Shown here one piece after another: positions 1-9,357 of a DNA stretch of 32,332 nt. Origin of the DNA: Chloroflexota bacterium (GTDB lineage: Bacteria > Chloroflexota > Dehalococcoidia > UBA2979); the NCBI GenBank assembly GCA_027593235.1, contig JAQCIU010000035.1:1-32332 (forward strand). The letters run 5' to 3'. A program made the position numbers and the translations under genes. The notes under the pieces were generated by a model that did not search any database, was not told where the DNA came from, and worked only from the letters and a program-made list of their open reading frames with translations. Every line of letters begins with the position of its first letter. Position 1 is the first letter of the stretch.

Positions 1-216
1 GACATACGTCCGGAGCCCGTGGCGAAGGACTAGCGAGACATGCGTCCGGAGCCCGTGGCGAAGGACTAGCGAGACATACGTCCGGAGCCCGTGGCGAAGG
101 ACTAGCGAGACATGCGTCCGGAGCCCGTGGCGAAGGACTAGCGAGACACACGTCCGGAGCCCGTGGCGAAGGGCCAGCGAGACATACGTCGCGGAGCCGG
201 CGGCAAACGGCCGAGG
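1..216. repeat. 36-bp tandem repeat (GACATRCGTCCGGAGCCCGTGGCGAAGGACTAGCGA), 5 near-perfect copies plus 1 degenerate copy; may continue beyond the window edge
   Basis: Units start at 1, 37, 73, 109, 145 and 181. They are contiguous with no spacers; variation is at unit positions 5-6 and in the last two copies. Confidence 0.95.
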
Positions 217-373
217 ACGAGGGGCTTCCGAGGCCATCCAACATCACCCGCGCACCGTCGCGTGACGGACCGACCGGGCCGGCAAGGCCCCTGCGATCGT
301 CACTGTCCGATTCCTGACACTCCCGACTACCGAACCCACCCGTGCGGTCGATCATCTTCCGAAGTGCGCCATC

Positions 374-2260
374 GTGCGTACGAGGATTGGCTGGGCGGCT
401 GTGCGACGGCGTATCTCGATCGAGCGAGTGCCTCTGGGCCTCCGACTGGCCGTGCTCGTTGCCGCCCCGTTGTTGGTCATCGCCGTCGCCGCCGGCGATC
501 GGCTACTCACCCTCGAGGACCAGCGCGCCACCGGCGAAGTCTTCGCCCAGCGCATCGACGAGGCCGCCGCGATCGACACCGCGATCGTCTACCTCCAGGC
601 CGAGCGCGAACTCACCGCGCGATTACTCGTCGCCCCGCCCGAGCCGCAGCCATTCGCGCTCCGCGATGCCCTCCGCAAGGCCCGCCGCGACTCCGACGAG
701 GCAATCGCCACTGCCGGCCTCAGCACCCTCGTGCCTCCCTTTGATCTGGAGACCTTCGTCCGCCCCTGGCAGGCCGAAGCCCGCCTCTCGCTCGACACCA
801 TCGAGGATCTCCGCACCCTCGTTGATCGGCGCGTCCTCCCGCCGCCCGACGCGATCCTGATTTACTCCGCCGTCATGTACGGCTACCTCGGCGCCTTGAA
901 CGAAGCGATCAGCGTCGACGAAGGCGTCGTCCCTCCCAGCGAACTGATCGCCTACACCGCCGCGCTCGCCAGCGCCGAATCATTCATCCAGGCGCGCGCC
1001 TGGGGCACCGTGCTCATCTCCTCGCCGGCGCCCGGAGCCACCACCCGCGAATGGATCCTGCTCTCCTCGCTCGCCCAGACCGAGGACTTCTTCCTCGGCC
1101 AGGCTCGCCGCACGAGCGCCGGTGATCGCCACGCCGTCGATCGGCTCCTCGATGCCCCGTCCTCGCGTGACGCCGACAACCTTCGCTGGGCCGTCATCGC
1201 CAGTGGCGCCAACGGCGGGAGCGTCACCGCCGAGGTCTGGCAGGAAGGCACACAGCCCCGCGTCGACGCCTGGAACCAGACCACCGCCTTCATGCTCGCC
1301 GACCTCACCGAGGGTGCCGAGGCCTCCGTCGCCGCGGCCAATCGCGCATTCGCCACCATCGCGACCGCCGCAGTGCTTCTCGTGGTCCTCGGCGCGTTCG
1401 CCGCGTGGCGCGTCACCCGCTCCATCGCGCGGCCGCTCGGCCGCCTCGCCGTCGGCGCGCGTGACGCCTCCGTGGGGCGCTTCTCCGAGGTCGATCTGCC
1501 TCAGTCGCGCGACGCGATCGGCGAAATCGGTACCGCCTACGGCGCGCTGAACCAGTACCTCCACCACATCGCCGACGCTGCCGAGGAAATCGCCGGCGGC
1601 GACCTCACCCGCGAGATCGCCCCCCGCTCCTCCGAGGACCGGCTCGGCACCGCCTTGCAGACGATGACCCGCCAGCTCTCTTCGATGGTGGTCCGCTCAC
1701 GCCGCCGCTCCGAAGCCCTCGAGGAAACCGTCGGCGCGCTCCAGGAGACCGCCGCGCGCGATCCACTCACCGGCCTCCTCAACCGCGGACGCTTCGTCGA
1801 ACTCGTCGACGTCGCCATCGACGGCGCCCGCGCCACCAACTCCCGCTTCGGCATGCTCTTCATCGACCTCGACGGCTTCAAGCAGGTCAACGACGAACTG
1901 GGCCACGCCGCCGGTGACGAACTGCTCCGCCAGGTCGCCTCGCGTCTGCTCGGCGCCCTCCGCGTCGACGACGTCGTCGCACGGCTCGGCGGCGACGAGT
2001 TCACCGTCCTCGTCACCAACGGCTTCGACGCCGTCGCCATCGAATCGCTCGCGCGCCAGGTCGTCGATCTCGTCGGCGCGCCCTACTTCGTGCACGGCGA
2101 AACCGTCGAGGTCCGCGCCAGCATCGGCCTCGCCCGCTTCCCGGAGCACGGCGCTACCGTCGCAACGCTTCTCGTCGCCTCGGATCAGGCCATGTACGCC
2201 GCCAAGCGTGTCGGCGGCAACGGCATGAGCATCGCCGTGCACCAGGCCCCGGCCGCCTAG
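374..2260 (+). CDS. Membrane-bound diguanylate cyclase (TM, NIT-like sensor, TM, two HAMP, GGDEF)
   Basis: DPLTGLLNR, FIDLDGFKQVNDELGHAAGD, RLGGDEF with RxxD I-site (RVDD), two hydrophobic helices, HAMP-like segments. Start codon uncertain. Confidence 0.92.
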   Translation: MRTRIGWAAVRRRISIERVPLGLRLAVLVAAPLLVIAVAAGDRLLTLEDQRATGEVFAQRIDEAAAIDTAIVYLQAERELTARLLVAPPEPQPFALRDALRKARRDSDEAIATAGLSTLVPPFDLETFVRPWQAEARLSLDTIEDLRTLVDRRVLPPPDAILIYSAVMYGYLGALNEAISVDEGVVPPSELIAYTAALASAESFIQARAWGTVLISSPAPGATTREWILLSSLAQTEDFFLGQARRTSAGDRHAVDRLLDAPSSRDADNLRWAVIASGANGGSVTAEVWQEGTQPRVDAWNQTTAFMLADLTEGAEASVAAANRAFATIATAAVLLVVLGAFAAWRVTRSIARPLGRLAVGARDASVGRFSEVDLPQSRDAIGEIGTAYGALNQYLHHIADAAEEIAGGDLTREIAPRSSEDRLGTALQTMTRQLSSMVVRSRRRSEALEETVGALQETAARDPLTGLLNRGRFVELVDVAIDGARATNSRFGMLFIDLDGFKQVNDELGHAAGDELLRQVASRLLGALRVDDVVARLGGDEFTVLVTNGFDAVAIESLARQVVDLVGAPYFVHGETVEVRASIGLARFPEHGATVATLLVASDQAMYAAKRVGGNGMSIAVHQAPAA

Positions 2261-2306
2261 CCCCGGCTCCCGGACCGCGTACTCGCGAGCGCTCCCTGTA
2301 CCCCGG

Positions 2307-3116
2307 CTACTCGCGCGTGCGCGCTCGCTCCACGTTCAGGTAGAGCCGCCGTCCGCTGCCCTCCGTCTGCCCACCGGTCACCGGAACCTCGTTCGCCCCT
2401 CGCACTATGCGGTCCGAATGTGACGACATAATGTGTGCCGTGAACCCCTGGATCTCCTGCATCTGATTGATCGAGTGCTTGATCATCTGAAGCTGGAACG
2501 GATCCATCTCCGCCACCCGCAACGCGTAGGCGATCGTCTTCGCCTCCAGCTCCTCCGCCGGGTGCACCTCCTGCACGAACCCCAGCTCATGCGCCTGCGC
2601 GCCGCTGATGAACCGGTTCTCGAACAGCAGGTGCTTCGCGCGCCGCGCGCCCAGGTCCCACGGCACGCTGAAGTACTGGAAGTTCGTCGCCAGGAACTGC
2701 GCGTCATCCGCCGCGAACACCAGGTCCATCGAGGACGCCAGCATCCACGCGGCGTAAATGCAGTGCCCGTGCACCATCGCGATCGTCGGCTTCGGGATCG
2801 CACGGAAGCGCAGCAGCGGATCCGGATCCAGCGCCCGGTTGCGGTTGTACTTCGTCGCCATCGGCGCCTTGTTCGATTCCTCCCGGTCCCCCACGTCGGG
2901 GCTCCCGAGGTCATGCCCGGCGCTGAAGCTCGGCCCCTCGCCGCGCAGGATGATCACCCGCACCTCCGGGTCCGCGTTCGCCTCAGCGAATGCCGTTTCG
3001 AGGTCCGTCATCATCTGTGGGCTCAGCGCATTGCGGTACCGCACCCGCGCCATCGAGACGATGCCGATGCGCCCGTCCTCGCGCGTTTCGTAGTGCACTC
3101 GGGCTTCGTCGGTCAT
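2307..3116 (-). CDS. Enoyl-CoA hydratase/isomerase (crotonase) family protein
   Basis: RNALS, GEGPSFSAGHDL, PKPTIAMVHGHC; GAGGAG SD upstream. Confidence 0.9.
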   Translation of the reverse strand: MTDEARVHYETREDGRIGIVSMARVRYRNALSPQMMTDLETAFAEANADPEVRVIILRGEGPSFSAGHDLGSPDVGDREESNKAPMATKYNRNRALDPDPLLRFRAIPKPTIAMVHGHCIYAAWMLASSMDLVFAADDAQFLATNFQYFSVPWDLGARRAKHLLFENRFISGAQAHELGFVQEVHPAEELEAKTIAYALRVAEMDPFQLQMIKHSINQMQEIQGFTAHIMSSHSDRIVRGANEVPVTGGQTEGSGRRLYLNVERARTRE

Positions 3117-3178
3117 CGCGGCTCCTCGTTATCGCGCTCGGGTCGTATGGTGTCGCAGTTGTAGCAGAGGACTCAGCC

Positions 3179-4345
<1,167 letters not shown>

Positions 4346-4358
4346 CTCCCGAGGGCGT

Positions 4359-5618
4359 TCAGCCGCCGTTGCCGGTACGTCGCGGTGCAATCCACGCGAC
4401 CACGGTGCCGACCGCCGCCAGTCCCGCGACGAAGATCACCACGCCGTCGAAGCCCGCGTCCGTGTTGATCGCGCCCGCCACAGCCGGCGCCACCGCGCCG
4501 ATCAGCGCCCCGCCGGCGAACAGCGCAGCCACCGAGGTGCCCTCGGATCCCACGTCCGTCGCGTCCATCGCGGCGGCGACGATCACCGGCATGATCGAGA
4601 AGATGAAGACCCCCAGCAGCACGATGTTCACCGTCAGCATCCAGCCGTGGTCCGCCCACAGGAATGCCGCGCTCAGCCCCGCGATCGCCGCCATGCTCGC
4701 CGTGGAGACCGCCCGCCGCCCGAAGCGGTCCGACAGGCTCCCGAGGATCGGCGTCGACCCGATCCCTGCGAGCGTCAGCAGCGACACGTTCACGCCAATC
4801 GCGAAGTCGCTGTAGTCCAGCTCGTCGGCCATGTAGATCACGAGGAAGAGCTGAATCGAGTTGTGGGCGGCGCCTCGAAGGGCGTGCAGCACCGCCTGCG
4901 CCAGCACCGCCGGGTTGCGCAGCAGCCGTCCGGACGCCGCCAGGTACTCGCCGAGCGAGACCTTCGTTTCCGAGGGCGCGCCGCCCTTGAACCGCGCCGC
5001 GATCACCAGCACCGTCACGATCGATGGGATCACCAGCAGGAACGACACCGTCCGCCAACCCAGCCCGCCCCACTCGATCCCGAGCACGCTGATCCCGCCG
5101 AGCAGCAGGCCGATCGTCACCGGTGCGGTCGTGTTGCCGATCTGCGCGCCGGTCGAGTGCGCCGCCATCGCGAAGCCGCGCCGCGCCGGGTAGCGCAGCG
5201 CCAGCTCGGAAAACGCCGGCGCATGCCACAACGAGGTGCCCGCACCGATCAGCAGCAACGAAAGCAGCACCAGCCAGTAACCGGTCGACACGCCGAGGAT
5301 AAGGTAGCTCGCGCCCACCATCACCATGCTCGCGATTAGCAGCGCCGGTACGCGGTGGCGGTACATATCCGTGAGCAGCCCCGCCGGCACATTCGCGAGA
5401 CCGGACGCCGCGTCGCGCGCACCGAACATCGCGCCGATCGCCACATCCGAGAGCGCAAGCGTCGCCTTCACCTCGGGCACCAGGATCAGCACGGCGCTCT
5501 GCCCGAAGTGCTTCACGCCGTGCCCGGCGGAGATGCCCCAGAGCAGCCCGCGGCTCCGGTCCCCGGTCGGTGCGGCTTCCTCTTCTGCGCTCGACGGATT
5601 CGAGGCGACGTCGACCAC
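4359..5618 (-). CDS. MFS transporter
   Basis: About 12 hydrophobic segments; motif A GSLSDRFGRR. GTG overlaps the upstream TAG (TAGTG). Confidence 0.9.
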   Translation of the reverse strand: MVDVASNPSSAEEEAAPTGDRSRGLLWGISAGHGVKHFGQSAVLILVPEVKATLALSDVAIGAMFGARDAASGLANVPAGLLTDMYRHRVPALLIASMVMVGASYLILGVSTGYWLVLLSLLLIGAGTSLWHAPAFSELALRYPARRGFAMAAHSTGAQIGNTTAPVTIGLLLGGISVLGIEWGGLGWRTVSFLLVIPSIVTVLVIAARFKGGAPSETKVSLGEYLAASGRLLRNPAVLAQAVLHALRGAAHNSIQLFLVIYMADELDYSDFAIGVNVSLLTLAGIGSTPILGSLSDRFGRRAVSTASMAAIAGLSAAFLWADHGWMLTVNIVLLGVFIFSIMPVIVAAAMDATDVGSEGTSVAALFAGGALIGAVAPAVAGAINTDAGFDGVVIFVAGLAAVGTVVAWIAPRRTGNGG

Positions 5619-6487
5619 TAGTCCTCACCCCGCTCAACGGTCGCGCGTTCGATCTCCAGGAGGCGCTCGATGCCGACGGCCTTGTTGAGCTCCGCCGAGA
5701 GGCGCCGCGCGTCCTCGGCGGTCAGCGATGGGCTACTGAGGTCCTCCGCCGTCGACTCGTACAGCTCTTTCCACGCGCGGAACGCGACCAGCATCGGCTT
5801 CGCCGCGTCGATCAGCAGCTTGAACCCGAGCGCACCCAGTTCGCCAACGGTCATCCCGAGGACGCCCGTGCCACCTGCCGGTACGAGCATCTGGAACGGA
5901 CCTTCCAGGCGGTTGGCTACCGCCCGCACTTCGGCCTCGTTCCGCGGCGAGAGCATCAGCAGGTCAGCGCCCGCCGCCTTGTAGGCTGCAGCCCGTTCAA
6001 TCGCATCCTCGAGGTCCGTCGAGCGGATCCCGTTCGTCCTCGCGACGATCAGGAACTCCTCCGAACGTCGCGCGGCGACCGCCTCGCGCACCTTCGCCGC
6101 CATCAGCTCGGTCGGGACCATGTGCTCGATGCCGACGTGGTGATGCGCTCGCTTCGGGACGAGTTGGTCTTCGATCTCGATCGCCGCGAATCCGGCCGCC
6201 TCGGCCATCGGGATCGTGCGATGCATGTGCATCGGGTCGCCGAAGCCGGTGGCGCCATCCAGGATCAGCGGCAGGTCGCAGACCGTCCGGATGTCGATCC
6301 CTGCCTGCACCAGCTCGCTGATGTTCAGGTTCGCCTCCAGCACCGCCTTCGCGTAGCCGAGCATCCCGCCGCCGAGGTAGAGCGCCCGGAAGCCCGCCTG
6401 TTCGGCCAGCTTCGCCATCAGCGGGTTCGATACCAGCGTCGCGACGACCGGCTCGGGCTCGTTCAGCATCGATCGCAATGAGGCCAT
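5618..6487 (-). CDS. Isocitrate lyase/PEP mutase superfamily protein
   Basis: GFRALYLGG, LPLILDGATGFG, IEIEDQLVPKR, IVARTN, YKAAGAD. GGAGG SD before ATG 6487. Confidence 0.88.
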   Translation of the reverse strand: MASLRSMLNEPEPVVATLVSNPLMAKLAEQAGFRALYLGGGMLGYAKAVLEANLNISELVQAGIDIRTVCDLPLILDGATGFGDPMHMHRTIPMAEAAGFAAIEIEDQLVPKRAHHHVGIEHMVPTELMAAKVREAVAARRSEEFLIVARTNGIRSTDLEDAIERAAAYKAAGADLLMLSPRNEAEVRAVANRLEGPFQMLVPAGGTGVLGMTVGELGALGFKLLIDAAKPMLVAFRAWKELYESTAEDLSSPSLTAEDARRLSAELNKAVGIERLLEIERATVERGED

Positions 6488-6628
6488 CGGTTCACCTCCA
6501 GACGGGGGGCGACAGAGAGGACGCAGCGTACTCGGACCGGCGAGCCTGTGGAGTCCCGGCCTCTTGCAGTAGCATCCGCCCGGGATCGCGGCACACGCCT
6601 CGGTCGGGATCGGTGCCGGGAGGCCAGC

Positions 6629-7912
6629 ATGAAGTTCGGGTTGTTCTACGAGCTGCAGCTCCCGCGACCGCTCGACGGCGAAACCTGGGACCCCGACGCC
6701 GAGCGCCGCCTGATCGAGGAGATGTTCGAGCAGGTCGAACTGGCGGACCGCCTCGGCTACCACTACGTCTTCTTCGTCGAGCACCACTTCCTCGAGGAGT
6801 ACGCGCACTCCACCGCCCCGGAGATCATGCTCGCCGGGCTCGCCCGCACGACCAAGCAGATTCGCCTCGGGCACGGCGTCGTCCAGATGCCACCGCTCGT
6901 CAATCACCCGGCACGTGTCGCCGAGCGTATCTCCTCGCTCGACCTGATCAGTGGCGGCCGCGTCGAGTTCGGCACGGGCGAGGGCGCCTCGGACGCTGAG
7001 CTCGGCGGCTACAACGTCGACCGCACGCTCAAGAAGTCGATGTGGGAAGAGGGCACCCGCGAGTGCCTGCGCATGATGTCGGAGACCCCGTACCCCGGTT
7101 ACGACGGCGATCACTTCTCGATGCCCGAGCGCAACGTCATCCCGAAGCCGATCCAGAAGCCGCACCCCCCGGTCTGGGTCGCCGCCTCCCGTCGCGAGAC
7201 CACCCTGCTCGCCGCCCGCTTCGGCATCGGCAGCATGGGCTTCGGCTTCGAGACCCCCGAGGAGACGGCGGTCCGCGTCGACGAGTACTACCGCCTGATC
7301 CGCGAGGAGTGCTTCCCGATCGGCAAGGCGATCAACCCCGGCCTCTTCGTCCTCAATCAGTTCATGGCCGCCGAGACCGACGAGGAAGCCGTTCGCCGCA
7401 GCGCCGACGGCCCCGGGTTCTTCAGCTACTCGCTCGGCTACTACTCAACCACCCGCGGTACCCAGAAGGACGCCGCCGGCGTCCCGCTGATCTCCCAGCA
7501 CCACGCCGGCGTCACCAACATCCATCGCCAGTTCGCCGCGCTCCCGCAGGAAGAGAAGGACGGCCGCACTCAGCTCAAGGAGGCGAAGCTGATGACGGCC
7601 GAGGAGATCGCCGCCGCTGAGCCGGAGAATGAGATGGCGAAGGCATTGTTCCGCGCTGCCCGCAGTGGTTCCGCGATCGGCACCACCGACACCATTCGCG
7701 AAAACATCAAGCGCTACGAGGACGCCCACACCGACATCATGGTGTTCAACGCCCAGTGCGGCGCCCGCAAGCACGAGCACATCATGGAGGCGATCCAGCG
7801 CTTCGGTGAGGACGTGCTGCCCGAGTTCTCGGAACGCCACGAGACTGTCCACCGCCCCTGGCGTGAGCAGCAACTCGCCGGCGTTCCGTTCGAGATCAAC
7901 TCCTCGATCTAG
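6629..7912 (+). CDS. Luciferase-like (LLM class) flavin-dependent oxidoreductase
   Basis: MKFGLFYE, VEHHF, IRLGHGV, HPARVAE..LDLISGGRVEFGTGEG, PKPIQKPHPPVW; GGAGG SD. Confidence 0.93.
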   Translation: MKFGLFYELQLPRPLDGETWDPDAERRLIEEMFEQVELADRLGYHYVFFVEHHFLEEYAHSTAPEIMLAGLARTTKQIRLGHGVVQMPPLVNHPARVAERISSLDLISGGRVEFGTGEGASDAELGGYNVDRTLKKSMWEEGTRECLRMMSETPYPGYDGDHFSMPERNVIPKPIQKPHPPVWVAASRRETTLLAARFGIGSMGFGFETPEETAVRVDEYYRLIREECFPIGKAINPGLFVLNQFMAAETDEEAVRRSADGPGFFSYSLGYYSTTRGTQKDAAGVPLISQHHAGVTNIHRQFAALPQEEKDGRTQLKEAKLMTAEEIAAAEPENEMAKALFRAARSGSAIGTTDTIRENIKRYEDAHTDIMVFNAQCGARKHEHIMEAIQRFGEDVLPEFSERHETVHRPWREQQLAGVPFEINSSI

Positions 7913-7934
7913 CGTTCCGATCGGAGGCTGAACG

Positions 7935-8264
7935 ATGGCCCGCTACGAACAGGTGAAAGACGAAGGCGTTCGTGCGCTGCTGGAGCAGGCAACCAACGAG
8001 ATGCGCGGCGGCGCTCCTGCCGTCGCGGTTCACGCCTGCTGCGACGCCTTCTTGCTACTGATCGAGCAGTACCCCGACCTCTTCGAGGAGAACCTTCCAG
8101 CGGACGAGAAGATCCATCACCAGCAATTCCCGCGATTCGGCGCACGTCTCGTATCCGTCGCTGACCAGCCCGGCTTCGAGTTCGACCGCGAGCGCTTCTC
8201 GATGGGCGAGGCCATCACTTACCTCGACTTCACGACCGACACCGCACTGAAGCGGCAGGGGTAG
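7935..8264 (+). CDS. Hypothetical protein (109 aa)
   Basis: GGAGG SD, protein-like composition, fills the gap between co-oriented genes. Confidence 0.75.
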   Translation: MARYEQVKDEGVRALLEQATNEMRGGAPAVAVHACCDAFLLLIEQYPDLFEENLPADEKIHHQQFPRFGARLVSVADQPGFEFDRERFSMGEAITYLDFTTDTALKRQG

Positions 8265-8335
8265 CCCCCGCTTCCTCCACAATCACGCCCGCTCGTCAGA
8301 TGGCGGCGGGCACGCAGAGAGGACCATCGATCCCC

Positions 8336-9349
8336 ATGGCCGGAACCCCCAGCGCGAACACCACCTACGAGCCCGTCCCCGGCTGGGCGAAGATCCCGCA
8401 CGGCCTCTTCATGCGCGAAGCGACTTCGGTCACTGTCGACGAGAACGACAACGTCTACGTCTTCAGCCGCGGCAACATGCCGGTCATGGTCTTCGACCGC
8501 GACGGCAACATGATCGATGGCTGGGGTAACGACGACCCGTACAGCGGCACCGTCCAGGTCACCGATCCCTACGGCAACCCGATGGTCACCTGGCCCGGTA
8601 ACCGCTTCACCTGGGCGCACGCGATCAAGGTCGATCACGAGGGCAACGTCTGGCTCGTCGACGTGCTCGGCAACAAGATCTACAAGACGACCAAGAGCGG
8701 CCAGGAGCTGATGTCGATCGGCTCCGGCGTCCCCACTGAGTTTCAGGCCGGCGAGCCGTTCAACCGCCCCACCGACGTTATCGTCGATCCCAACAGCGGC
8801 GACGTCTTCGTCTCCGATGGCTACCGAAACTCCCGCGTCCACCGCTTCGACGCGCAGGGCAACCACAAGCTCTCGTGGGGTACACCCGGCACCCTCGACG
8901 GTGAGTTCAGCCTCCCCCACGGCATCGCCATGTTCGGCGACGACGGCGTCATCGTCTGCGACCGGGAGAACCACCGCGTCCAGGTCTTCTCGCTCGAAGG
9001 CGAGCACCGCAAGACCTGGCACGCCCACAAGGCCGTCGCCGTCTGGTCCGGGCGAGGCGAGGACAAGGCCGTCTACGTCGCCGAGCAGGGGCCGCCGCCC
9101 GTCCAGTCCGGCGTCGCCAACGTCGGCCAGCGCGTCGGCGTCTACAACCTCGAGGGCGAGTTGATCACCCGCCTCGGCGACGGCACCGCCGGCGAGCACC
9201 CCACCCAGTTCCTCTGGCCGCACGCCGTCTCCGTCGACTCCGAGGGCTCCGTCTACGTCGCCGAGGTCTCCTTCGTCGAGGTCGGCCGCCACCAGAACCC
9301 ACAGCGCGAAATGGTCTCCCTGCGCAAGTGGCGCCGAACCTCGGGCTAG
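8336..9349 (+). CDS. NHL-repeat beta-propeller (peptidyl-alpha-hydroxyglycine alpha-amidating lyase-like)
   Basis: FNRPTDV, VSDGYRNSRV, GEFSLPHGI, DRENHRVQVF, FLWPHAVSVD. Alternative start at 8300. Confidence 0.88.
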   Translation: MAGTPSANTTYEPVPGWAKIPHGLFMREATSVTVDENDNVYVFSRGNMPVMVFDRDGNMIDGWGNDDPYSGTVQVTDPYGNPMVTWPGNRFTWAHAIKVDHEGNVWLVDVLGNKIYKTTKSGQELMSIGSGVPTEFQAGEPFNRPTDVIVDPNSGDVFVSDGYRNSRVHRFDAQGNHKLSWGTPGTLDGEFSLPHGIAMFGDDGVIVCDRENHRVQVFSLEGEHRKTWHAHKAVAVWSGRGEDKAVYVAEQGPPPVQSGVANVGQRVGVYNLEGELITRLGDGTAGEHPTQFLWPHAVSVDSEGSVYVAEVSFVEVGRHQNPQREMVSLRKWRRTSG

Positions 9350-9357
9350 GCCGCGCG

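Noticed and set aside
1-216. CRISPR array (36-bp repeats)
   Set aside because: Repeats are contiguous with no unique spacers, and no cas genes are in the window.
2278-2289. 12-mer CGTACTCGCGAG repeated at 26370
   Set aside because: Short, in different contexts and with no flanking similarity; plausible by chance.
6488-7165. N-terminal extension of the ICL-family ORF (likewise 26338-27096, 25119-25418, 17403-17843)
   Set aside because: Antisense or off-frame overlaps with real genes, typical of high-GC DNA; better internal starts exist.
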